A stretch of 63,809 nt of DNA, filler included, from Sluysia triapertura (lineage: Eukaryota): assembly GCA_046118255.1 (NCBI GenBank). It is 5 parts of 5 records of this genome, joined end to end, with 100 filler letters (N's around TTAATTAATTAA, not from the genome) between each part and the next. Parts side by side here need not be neighbours in the genome. Positions count along the whole stretch, not along the records: positions 52,826 to 63,809 come from JBJNIA010190596.1; 4 more parts are not named here. One strand, 5' to 3'. The position numbers and the translations under genes are program-made. Positions 53,050-63,809 of this stretch are shown piece after piece; the stretch's first letter is position 1; each line of letters begins with the position of its first letter. The notes below the pieces were generated by a model. That model did not search any database. It was not told the origin of the DNA and saw only the letters and a program-made list of their open reading frames with translations.

Positions 53050-54540
53050 GAAGGTGTTTTATCTAAAATCTTAAACTTACCTACAAAATATCTGAAAAGT
53101 CGGTTCGCCTAACATACAGGATTTATACCACTGTTGGGGACGTGTTATTAGGATTTAATCAAAATTTATGCTTAAACTTAAATTGATGTTAACTTACGAC
53201 TTATAATACGTGTATCTAAATCAGTTATAAAATTCGATTAATTATTATTTAGTTTAATGAAATTACGCAACATTTTTTAAGGTGTTGCTAACAAAAATAA
53301 ATTAATAATTACGATAATGGAATAATAACTAAATAAACTTATTAATGTATATTATCAAAAAAACTAAACTAAAAGTTGTTTAAAAAATTTACAAGAAAAA
53401 TAATAATATAATAAAAATATGGATTTTAACAATTCAACCTCGGTCGATTGTTTTCATATTTTAAAGAATAGATTACGCAACCCTTTTTAAGGTGTAGTTC
53501 CAAAAAATTAGGTAATTTTAAGTGCATTTTGGTATTCTTTTATTAAAATGAATACTTTAAACTTATAAATATAAAAATTACTTGACAGACATAGAACTGC
53601 TTGAAATTATTAATCTTCTTTCACTAAAAATTATTTATTCTAAAATTGTACTTTCTAAAATTTTTTGTGTAAATCATTCTAAAAATTAATTCTTATATTA
53701 TTTTTATAGCAGTCATCTTGACTCTGTGAAATTAATAAAATTGATTAATTAAAACAAAATATCTTTTTAATTAAAATTAAAAAATTTTATTTTATTTTAT
53801 TTAATTATAAACTTTGTTTCATTTTATTTTAATTTAAATTTTAAAGTTTTATTTTATTTTATTTTTCTTTTTAAATTAAATTAAAATTTTATTTTATAAT
53901 TTATTTTCAATAAATTTTTATTTAATTTATTATAATAAAAATAATTATTTGGAGTTTAAAAACATACAAAATAACAAATAAAATTTACATAATATACATT
54001 TTGATTGCAAATATAAAAATTTCAACCTGTAGGAGTTTTTATCTAAAACTTAAACTTACCTATAAAATATCTAAGCGTCAATTCGCTTAATATACATGGT
54101 TTATACCACTGTTGGAGACGTGCTATTGCGCCTAATACGTATATCTAAATTAGTTGTTTACTTAGATATTACTTAGTTTAATAAAATTGTACAACCATTT
54201 TTAAGGTGTTGTTAACAAAATATGAGTTTATATTTACGCAGCCCTTCTTAAGGTGTTGCTAACAAAGTTAGTTTAGCAAATTTGTTAAATAAATCTAACG
54301 TCTTAAGGTGTAGATTTCAAAATTATAATATTAAGTAAAAACAAGTTAAGACTCCCAACGTATATTATCTAAAATTCTTACAAGGTTTAAAAAACAAAAC
54401 GAAATTATAATATTAATAATTTTATAATCATGCTCAACCTTGGCTGGCATTTGATTGATTTTGTTAATAGATTTTGCAACCCTTCTTAAGGTGTTGCATA
54501 AAAATAAAATTAAAATTAAGTGTATTTTAATATTCCCTGA
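53050..54540 (+). repeat. Diverged direct duplication (~53050-53560 and ~54030-54540, ~980-bp period) containing six palindromic motifs
   Basis: ttttatctaaaa(t)cttaaacttaccta.aaaatatct, tttataccactgttgg.gacgtg, taatacgt.tatctaaat and tcaacct.gg recur in the same order in both units. Confidence 0.8.
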
Positions 54541-55179
54541 ACGGTGAATATGACCTTATATAATGGAAACAAATGGATCTTCATGAATTAAATTTCTAAA
54601 ATTTTTTCTAAAAATTCCAAATACCAAATTTTGTGTTATCTCCTAAAAAATGTTCTGTCTAAAATTAAATTAACCTTACTTATTTATACTAATATTCGCC
54701 ATTTGTTTTCTCCATTTTGTAATTTAATAAATTATAACAAATATTGTTATTGATAGATTAAATAAAAAACTTTAAAAATATTTGTAAAATTAAATTTTAT
54801 TTTTTAAACTTAAAATATTTGTAAAATTAGTTTTTAAAATGTATTTAAATTTTTATTTTATTTTACTTTTAATATTTTATTAAACTTTTAAAATTTTATT
54901 TTAATATTTTATTTTATTATAATATTATTATATAATCTTTATAATAATATAATATTTATAATGTAATATTCATAATTTTTATAATTATAATAAAAATAAT
55001 ATTTTTTCACTTAAAATGCAAATAAAACACAAAATATCAAAAAATTATAAAATTAACTCTGACAAACCTGACAATTTCAACCTGACATGATGATTTAATG
55101 CAAATTATGTCGGAAGTGTCAAAAACAGGTTCTATTGACCTGCGGGAAAAGTAATTTAAAGTAGAATAAATCAAGAATT

Positions 55180-55530
55180 TAACCTGAGTTCACCAACGTA
55201 CTGGGATTTCCGGTTAGGGCCAGCTGTTTGATTTGTGGATAAAAAGGATTCTAAAGTAAGACTACAAGAAATGCCTGAGGACTTTGCTAGTGGTGTTAAA
55301 AATGTCTGGAGGTAAAATGTTATATGATTTTATCAAAGAATTAATAATGATAATATTATTGGAGTGATTTTACGTAGATTTCTTGAAATGGAATCTTAAA
55401 AATATTTTGCGTAATTGGAGTTAAATTCCAATTGTTGAAAGCAATTGGAATATTTTACATTTTGAAACTATGTAAATTGAATAATAAAGAATCTCCTTTA
55501 ACAATTTATTATGAAACAATAATAACGTGA
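55180..55530 (-). repeat. Dispersed repeat, inverted copy of 27950-28330
   Basis: Reverse complement contains tggaatttaactccaattacgcaaaat, gaaatctacgtaaaat, cactagcaaagt and ggccctaaccgg...gttggtgaactca. Confidence 0.75.
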
Positions 55531-56279
55531 TAAAAAAATAATATATAATATAATGATATTTTACGTATTTTAACTCTGAAGTCAAATAAGTTTTATCAAA
55601 GATTTTACGTAGGATCTATTATAAGATCAAAATATTTAACAAAAGATTTTAAGCCAGATTTTTCGTGGATATTATTACTAATATCGTGCCTTACAATATT
55701 AAACTAACCTAATACAAAACAAAATTTGTTGAAAAATTCTGCTGGTTCTAAAACCGTAATTCTCGAACAAAATTATGCTAAGAAAATTGTTAAAAATTGT
55801 GAGTTGTTTGAAAAATTTAAGTTTATTTATATTCGTTTTAATCTGACCTTCAGATTAAAACAAAAGTTTAGAATTTAGTTTATTGAAAAAAAATTTAATT
55901 AAAATTATTAAAATAAAATATTAGAATTTGTTTATTACGTTAGTTTAATTTATAAATTTTAATTAACAAATTTTTAATTAACAATTTCTTACTTTAAATA
56001 TATTGAATATTTCCAAAAAGTAAAACAATAAATATTTCAAATAATATCAATTATTTCCAAAAATTCAAATGTTTCAATAAACAAAATAAAAAATCAATAA
56101 TGAACAAAGTTCAATTCACAAAGTCATTAGTCACTACAATTTCATTTCAGACCCAATAACAATCAAACTTATCAAAAATAATTCAATTTGGACCAAAGTT
56201 ATTCCCATTTTAATGAAAGTTATTAATAATTCATTATATAGTCTAAAATTCTCTTCAAGCGAAGAATTATCGATATAGT

Positions 56280-56742
56280 GCCTCATCTGCAACATGGTGA
56301 TCCATTGATTTTAAATAATGAAAAAATTGATTGAAAAAGTAGTTTTACAACAATTGTCAAAGTTCTTAGGTGAAAATAAACTTCTTACTATGTATCAATC
56401 AGCCTACAGGGCCTATCACTCAACAGAAACGGCTATTTTAAGAATAAATTATGATATTTTAAGTTGTTTTAATCACAATAAATGTGTTTTGATGGTTTTA
56501 ACAGACATGTGTCTGCTTCTCATAGAGTTAATCTCCAAAGAATGTGTCTCTCACTTAGTTCAATAAAATGGTTTGAATCATATATAAAAGAAAGAAGGCA
56601 ATACGTTTTATTGAATAATGTGAAGTCAAATGAAGTATATGTAAAACATGGAGTTCCTCAAGGATCAATACTTGGTCCATTATTGTTTATAACATATATA
56701 TCAACAATACATACTTCAACAGTTAAACGCTCACTTGCATGA
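56280..56742 (+). mobile_element. L2/CR1-type non-LTR retrotransposon reverse transcriptase fragment
   Basis: KLIEKVV..QL...YQSAYRAYHSTETAILRI...WFESYIKERRQYV...GVPQGSILGPLLFITYI. Confidence 0.92.
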
Positions 56743-56744
56743 TT

Positions 56745-58440
56745 ATACCTGAAACCGATTAATAGTTCCGGCTAATTGTTAAAAGCTTCTAATTTTGCAT
56801 TAATGATATTTTCAGCAATAATTCGATCAATACTATTCCTTTTGCATAAAATAAGTTATAAAATCATCGTCACTGTAGTTTTCATTGCGGAATGATAAAA
56901 CTGAATATTTTAAAGCGATCTTTTCACCATAGCACGATCATTAAATCTTGTTTTAAAGTTTAATTTAGTTTGATCAATATTCCTTTCATTTAATGTGTTC
57001 ATTGCTTTTCGATTAGATAATGTACTTGCGATAAAATTCTTTTAATTTTTCAAATTTCTTTGTTAATTGCCATAAAGTCGAATATTAAAACAATAATTAA
57101 TTTTTATCATATTTATAATTCATAATAAAAATAAAAAATAAAGTAATAAAAATAATAAAAAATGATAAGAATAATAGAATAATAAAATAATAAAAATAAC
57201 AAAGATGATAAAAATAATAAAAAATGATAGAATAATAAAATAGTAAAAATAATACGGATAGTAATGATAATGACGGTATGAATGACAATCAGAGGGAAAG
57301 GAACTATGATATTGAAATGGAAAGTTCGTTCAAAAATTACGATATTAATATAAATGATTTTGGTATGAGATTTAGAGTTTGTAGAGTATTATTTGTAATT
57401 TATGCTAATGTAGGAAAGTAACAATGAAGTGAAAAGGATGAATGTGAAATTTTATGAATGTTAATGATAAACAATTATCGAAAATGTGACACCACACATA
57501 GAAAATGTCAATAAAGAAGAAACTGATTAAGAAGAATTACAGGTAGAAGAAATGGACATAGACGAAGAAAGAAAAAATAAATACCTCAGAAGTGAAAATT
57601 AAAGAATCTGACCAAAAATGTTGAGTAATTTTTATTAGATATGGTAAATGGCATAACATATGCTGGAAATTTGAATGAAATTTTAAATGAATTTAGAATT
57701 AATTATACAAAATGGATAAGATATTAAATTAATTAAGATAGTTTATATAAGAATAAGGCAAGAAGATTATTAAGAAAAGGAAAGAGAAAATAACCCTAAA
57801 GATTTAATGAAAATAAGTAAAATTATTAATAAAACTTTAAATATTACACTGGAACTCCAAGTAACTTCAAGAGTAAAAGATTTTATAGAATTACTTAAGT
57901 CGAATGACTCAACTATAACTGATGTTGATTTATATTTTTATGACAGAAAATTATTACCTAATGATTATATAAATGATTACGATTATCCATCTATGAATAG
58001 AAACCATGAGGAAGCATTGTTATGGCACACACTAAACCTTCAGATGATTTAAGTAAATTAGATGAACTTACAAATGACAATGATGTTGATTTAGATAGAA
58101 CTCCACGTTCATTATTAAAAGAATTGATGGGAAATGATTATAGCAATAATAATAAAAATAATTACCGATGATAATGATGAACTTATTGAAGAAAAACCTG
58201 ATTATATAATAGACTTAAATAAAAATCCACATATAGAAACAGAAGATAAGGAAACAAATACTTTTAAAAGAAAATCAGGTAGACCTAGAAAAAATAAAGA
58301 TAATAATGGTGAAACAATAATCTCAAATCCAATACATAGAAAACCTATTGATTTAACGAAAATTATAGAAAATTCATTTATATAATATGTATGCATTTTA
58401 ATTATTTATTATTTATGGAAAATTATAGAAAATTTATTTA
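56745..58440. other. ~1.7-kb unrelated sequence interrupting the LINE, with degenerate orphan ORFs (one with AT-hook KRKSGRPRKNK)
   Basis: Lies between two collinear LINE ORF2 pieces. Plus-strand acidic/Asn-rich ORF remnants at ~57270-58385 and a minus-strand coding-like remnant at ~56750-57080. Confidence 0.55.
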
Positions 58441-59032
58441 TAAATATCGATATTGACAATTAAATAAAATATCATAAATTCGAAAATTTATTAATAAAGA
58501 AAGAGCTAAACTTATTGTTCATTCATTGATAACTAGAACATGCTTTTTTAACAATGGTTTGTTGTGCTCAATTTCATATAAAAAAGTAAAAAATACAATT
58601 AATAATTAATCAAACAGCAAGACTAATTCTCCAAGTTGGAAGATCTCATGTAACATCTTATCTTAAAGAATTACATTGGTACCTAATAAAAGCAAGAATA
58701 GAATTTAAAATCATGATAATAATTTACAAATGCTTACATTACAGAAGTCCCGGATATCTTTTAGAAATAATACGAAAATTGGAAACCAAGATGAATATTT
58801 CATTGAAGCAGGATAACATATACAGAATGCACAGTGATAACAAGCTAGGTGATAGGTTGTATACTGTTTGTCTCAAAACTATACAACCAGTTACCAGATA
58901 ATGTCAAATTGCTGGAAGATTATGAAATATTTTAGAAAAAAGCAAAGTTCTTTCTATTTCAGAAATATTATGGTGAATGATTTACCTTAAGCGCTTTTGA
59001 TTACTTACTTTGCAGTAGATTTGAGCGTAATA

Positions 59033-59102
<70 letters not shown>
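58440..59102 (+). mobile_element. L2-clade LINE ORF2 C-terminus, 3' UTR and (ATT)n tail
   Basis: IRKFINKERAKLIVHSL...TARLIL...SHVTSYLKELHWYLIKARIEFKIMIIIYKCLH..SPGYL...GDR. The short 3' UTR is shared with 27535-27613. Confidence 0.88.
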
Positions 59103-60009
59103 GGTGTTAATATTTACTTTATTAATATAAAAATTATTCGAAGGTTTATAAAAATCTAAAACTCAAATGACTTAATTATCGTATTATATGCAATAATGTG
59201 TCTCTGTTCCAACTGTAAATAATTACTGAAGTTCCATATCCATTCCTTAAACTAGGATAAACAAGTGGATTTACCTTTGAACGTGCATTTACATTAAAGA
59301 AGTGTTGCAATATAAATACAAAATATCAGACGTAAGAGTTCATAATTTTTATGTTCAATTTAATTTGAGATTTTAATGTTATTTTACTCACACTTTTACT
59401 TGAGTTTAAAACTTTACTTAAATTAGTTTAAATACAAAATATTATCAATAAGCATGCAATCCTACAACACTATATAGTGTTTTTTTATTCAAAATATAAC
59501 ACATAAATATTTTATTTTTATTATAATGGACTTCTCTTTATAGCATAAATTCAATGTCTCGAAAATTTCACTCGAGTAATTCATATGTTTTTTGACTAAA
59601 TTTTGTGATTCGTGACCAATTTCTTTCATATAATAGTTAATCTTATGCACTATACTTTCAGTCATGTACTTTTATTCTGCCTTGTTAGCTAGTATTTGTT
59701 TATTAGTATTCACGTTTATAATGGTTTTTAACGTTTACGTTTAATGCGCTAATTAAGTTCTACAGATTCTTGGCCATTTTTTCGCATTTGTTCTTATTTT
59801 CTGGTTTTTTATTAATGCTTAATGCTTTCTGATGTTCATGAAAATAATTTTCGAAGTTTTTTTAACGTTTTTTGAAATTGTTTTAATTTATTTCGGTTTT
59901 CTAATGTTTAACCATTTTCAGGTAAGTGCAATACATATTTTCTTTAAATTAATTATTTTATTTTATGCTTTATAGACTTGAATTTATGTATTTCGTTGAT
60001 ATTTTTATG

Positions 60010-60070
<61 letters not shown>

Positions 60071-60483
60071 GTTGTTGTTGTTGTTGTTGTTGTTAGTAAT
60101 ATTAGTATTACTATTATTGTTACTATCACTATTACTACTATTATTATTATAAGTATTAGTTTGTAGTTTTCATGACAATTCAAATAATTTCCAGATACAA
60201 TTATAATTGTAATTATAATTATAATTGTAATTGTATTATAATTTCTTAAATTTAAATTTAATATCAAACTTATTTTTGTTATAAAATATATTTAAAGGTA
60301 AAATTTATTAATTCGTGCTTTTTTATATCGTGTAATTATTTTGAATAGTTATATGGGTTCTAGAAATTGTTTAATCTATTCTAATTTAGACAAAAATAAG
60401 CTAATTTAAATTAATGAATATGTAATATTTAAATTTATATTTTTTTTAATTTTAGCTGGTTAAAATTATTATCTGAATTTAAT

Positions 60484-60756
60484 ATGAATTTCGTTTCCTC
60501 TCTGCACTTTTACATGGAATTACTTCACCACAATTACTCAAATGAATGTCCGAACAAAGATTTAAGAATGAGCCGTGACTTCTTCAAGTTATTTACTGAA
60601 TTTTGTGAAATTAAGAACTACAAGTTCGCTCGTAATTTGTTACAATATGATGAAATGTTTGGTGAATTTTGGTTTTATATTGACGAATGGCGTAAACTAT
60701 CATGTTCAGCAGAATATTCTAGAAGTGAATTAATATTAAATACAAGGTATGCTTAA
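60484..60756 (+). CDS. Orphan intronless 90-aa ORF (hypothetical)
   Basis: ATG-initiated, non-repetitive composition, in extremely AT-rich flanks; no recognisable domain. Confidence 0.3.
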   Translation: MNFVSSLHFYMELLHHNYSNECPNKDLRMSRDFFKLFTEFCEIKNYKFARNLLQYDEMFGEFWFYIDEWRKLSCSAEYSRSELILNTRYA

Positions 60757-62309
60757 ATCTCGCATTTGTATTTAAAAATGATTTTATTTAAAGCCATTTT
60801 ATTAAACCTTAAATTTTTTAAATTAACATCTAATATAAACATTTCATATATTAATAAAAATTTTCATACACGAAAATTTTTAAACAAATGTATGATGTGG
60901 ATGATGATAAACGAAAAGAAATTTTTAAAATAATACCAAAATAATGCAAATTCACAAAGTGTCGAAATCCGAGAAATGATTAACTCCGAATATTTTAAAG
61001 CCAATTGCACAGACGTTCTTTCGATATCATTGACAAAAATTTTTCCAACAATACTATGATGTAGCATAAAATAAATATCGCACATTTTCATATTTGAAGA
61101 ATCAAGTCGATGTATTGATAGATGAGGTTTATGAAATTTCAATTTTGTTTGTCTTAATTAACCTTATTAAATTAATTATGCAGCTGCCTAAAAGATTATG
61201 TTTGAACGATTAGGAGTTTGAAATAGTAGACAATCTCATTGCTGTTATCAAAAATATTCTATAATTATTTTTTCATAGAGAAAATGTAAGGTTTTAATCA
61301 TGTGCAAAATTGATGCCTGCGTATATAGATTTATTGCAGAAATTCATATTTATATAAGTAAATATGAAAACTAGAGAAAATAATTTAAAATCGAATTGAG
61401 AGTTATAAGGTTAAGTTCAATAAATAATTTAAAAAATTCTAATTAAATTTATTTAAGTTTGTAATTTGTACTAATTTAAATTTGTAAATAATTATTTGTA
61501 GTAATTTGTACATAATTAGACTTGTTGGGTTATAATTAAATGTGTTTAAATTAAATTTGTAAAGTTAAACTTGATATGAAGTAATAAATATTATCTACAT
61601 ATAAACTATGTAATTATTTTTAATTCATTAAATTCTTTTCGAATATTATTAATTAAATTTGTAATTAATAATTTGTAACTATCTTTAATATGTATAAAAC
61701 TCTATTTGCTAATAAATATTTTACTAAATGTATAGTTATTTATAATAAAGATGTAACTATCTAATAGTTTAAAATTCTACAAATATATAACAATTTCTAT
61801 ACACATTTAAACATTCAATATCGTTAATAAAAAGTACACATTCATCATTAATTTAAATTTAAAATAATAAATATATATATGTCCAGAGAATTTCAGTTTT
61901 GATTTAATAACATTTCAATCGAGGAAATTTTTATTGAGAAGGTCTTGATTTAATTTTAGTCAGTAGATGTAGGTAATCTTTAATTATAAAATTTCAAACA
62001 TTCTTTCATTTTATTGAGTAAAATCTTTTCATTGTATAACTATAAAAAATCTTTTATAAGTAAATTCATTTTATTTGTAATTATAATTTTAGAAACTCTT
62101 ATCGTTAAAATAAAGTTTTTCTTTTGAATTTGTTATTCGGGATTTAAGGTTATCAATAATTACAAATTGCACTTCTGTCTTTAGAATCATGCCTCCAGGA
62201 TAAATTAATACTAAGTTATTAAAGTGATATAAAAGAAAAAGTTTTTCAATTGATATAAAGAATTCATCAGCAAACAAAATAAACACAAATAAAATACATA
62301 AATAAAACT

Positions 62310-63800
62310 AAAAATAAAATTAACATGAACATTCATTAACATAACAATAACAAAGATTTCCAGAAAAATTATATTTATTATATCAATTTATTACAATTTT
62401 TATTTCTTTGAAACCTAATAGTCTGTGATTTTTAATTTCCTAACTATTTTTTCTCTTTGAATTTCATCAATTAGATCCCATATTTTGTTCATTTTATCAT
62501 GAATACTAACTTGAAAGTATTTTTTTGCATTCTCATAGGTTTCGATTCCTGTAAATACTGCATCTTCTACCTATTCAACAGAATTATCATTTGTTTCCTC
62601 TTTTTCATACGTCTCTACTAGATCAAATAAGAGATGTTCATCAAATTTTGGATTAATCTCAAAAAATGGAAAATCGTCACATTCAGCATTCACTTCGAAA
62701 GACTTGGTAAAACAATTAAAGATAGTTGCTGGTTTTACACTATTCCATGCTTTCGAAATCTAAACCACTGCTTGATACAAATCAACCATATATCTTGTGT
62801 AACATTATCTAAATTAAAATTCATTGACATGTTCAAAAACTTCTTATAATAGTCTTTAAAACTTTTTATAATACCTTGGGCGAGAGGTTGAATAAGAGGT
62901 GCTGTATTTGGTGGGAAAAAGAATAATTCGATTTTGCTCTATTCGAAGTCTTTTGGGTGAATAGGTGCGTTGTTTCATTATGCTGCACAAATCTTTTAAC
63001 CAGTCTTGAAAAATTCTAACGTCATCCAAGACTTTGTATTCCAACGGTAGTTTTTCTATACAGAAATCTGCCTATCACTAAAGGATTTAACTTTTCTCCT
63101 AGCATATTTACTCCCAAGAGTATAGTAATTCGATCTTTAGAAAACCTACCATATGCCTTATCCTCTTTAGAAATTGTATATGTTTTGTTTAATAAACATT
63201 TCCAGAATATTCCGGTTTCGTAAACGTTTCTATCTTCATATTCTTTTAACTTTGACATGTACAATTCCTTAAAATTAAGAATATACCTTTCATTCACGAT
63301 TTTTGATTCCCCAATAATTCTTTTGGACGATATCGTATGCATGGAAAGAAAAGAATTAAAATCATGATTTCCTAAGTACTCTGCTAATTATAATGCCTTG
63401 TTTTGCAATATATCAGCACTGATACTGATATTTCTTGTTCTCTGAATCTGGAACCATTCAAACAGGATGGCATCAATTTGATATCCACTACGTAAATGTG
63501 TTTTCTTTTCTGTTTGGTATTCAAGTTTGACTTCGAAATAGTCTCTAGATTTCATAAGATTATTTATACAACCTAAGGAAAGATTGAATTTTCGTGAAAG
63601 AAAGCGTTGAGAACAACCTTAATCTTCAATTTTAACAATTTCTTCGATGCTTAAATCCTTTTTATTTTGTTTTGGATTTGTATTTTTCGTGTTCATAAAA
63701 GAGAGTTAAAAATGAATATTTAAACAAAAAAATTTATTTTACACTAATTATTTTTCATTGTTCAAAATTAACAGTGTTCATGTTGAACAGGGTTGCTTAT
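62310..63800 (-). mobile_element. pogo/Tigger DNA transposon; transposase pseudogene ~62401-63696
   Basis: N-terminal psq-like SQRFLSRKFNLSLGCI, CENP-B-like WFQIQRTRNISISADILQNKA, DDE_1 motifs ETGIFWKCL...SKDRITILLGVNMLGEKLNPLVIGR and IFQDWL, C-terminal KITDY. TIR-like aacatgaacac/aacatgaacat at both ends. Confidence 0.9.
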
Positions 63801-63809
63801 ATATATACA

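Noticed and set aside
53267-54497. CRISPR-like repeat array
   Set aside because: Eukaryotic context, irregular spacing (about 25-700 nt), homologous spacers and no cas genes.

Overview
Very AT-rich eukaryotic (animal) genomic DNA. It is intron-rich and full of (ATT)n microsatellites. Asn-rich coding repeats and a 38-nt intron suggest a flatworm-like invertebrate, but that is inference only. Four identical artificial 100-nt linkers (44 N + TTAATTAATTAA + 44 N) cut the window into five segments, so adjacency across them is unproven. Host genes: the last five coding exons of a NALCN sodium leak channel (minus strand, 34866-37225), an unidentified multi-exon minus-strand gene (43714-50151), and isolated plus-strand exons (489-772; 31258-31327 plus 34054-34114). 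Most of the rest is transposon debris: Tc3-like, IS630/Tc1-like, rosa/DD41D-like, mariner, pogo/Tigger, piggyBac-type MITEs and L2-clade LINEs. There is also an LTR family whose promoter carries perfect heat-shock elements and whose longest copy is followed by a tRNA-Leu primer-binding site. The least explained signals are three: (i) a repeated, unclassified multi-ORF element with an intergenic ~20-bp-stem hairpin showing compensatory base changes between its two copies (8115-8173, 39403-39457); (ii) an array of six 22-nt imperfect palindromes in a ~1-kb tandem duplication (53050-54540); (iii) orphan intronless ORF remnants, one with an AT-hook, inserted into a LINE. No rRNA, tRNA or CRISPR array was seen. 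All homology calls were made by eye from motif recognition, with no database search.
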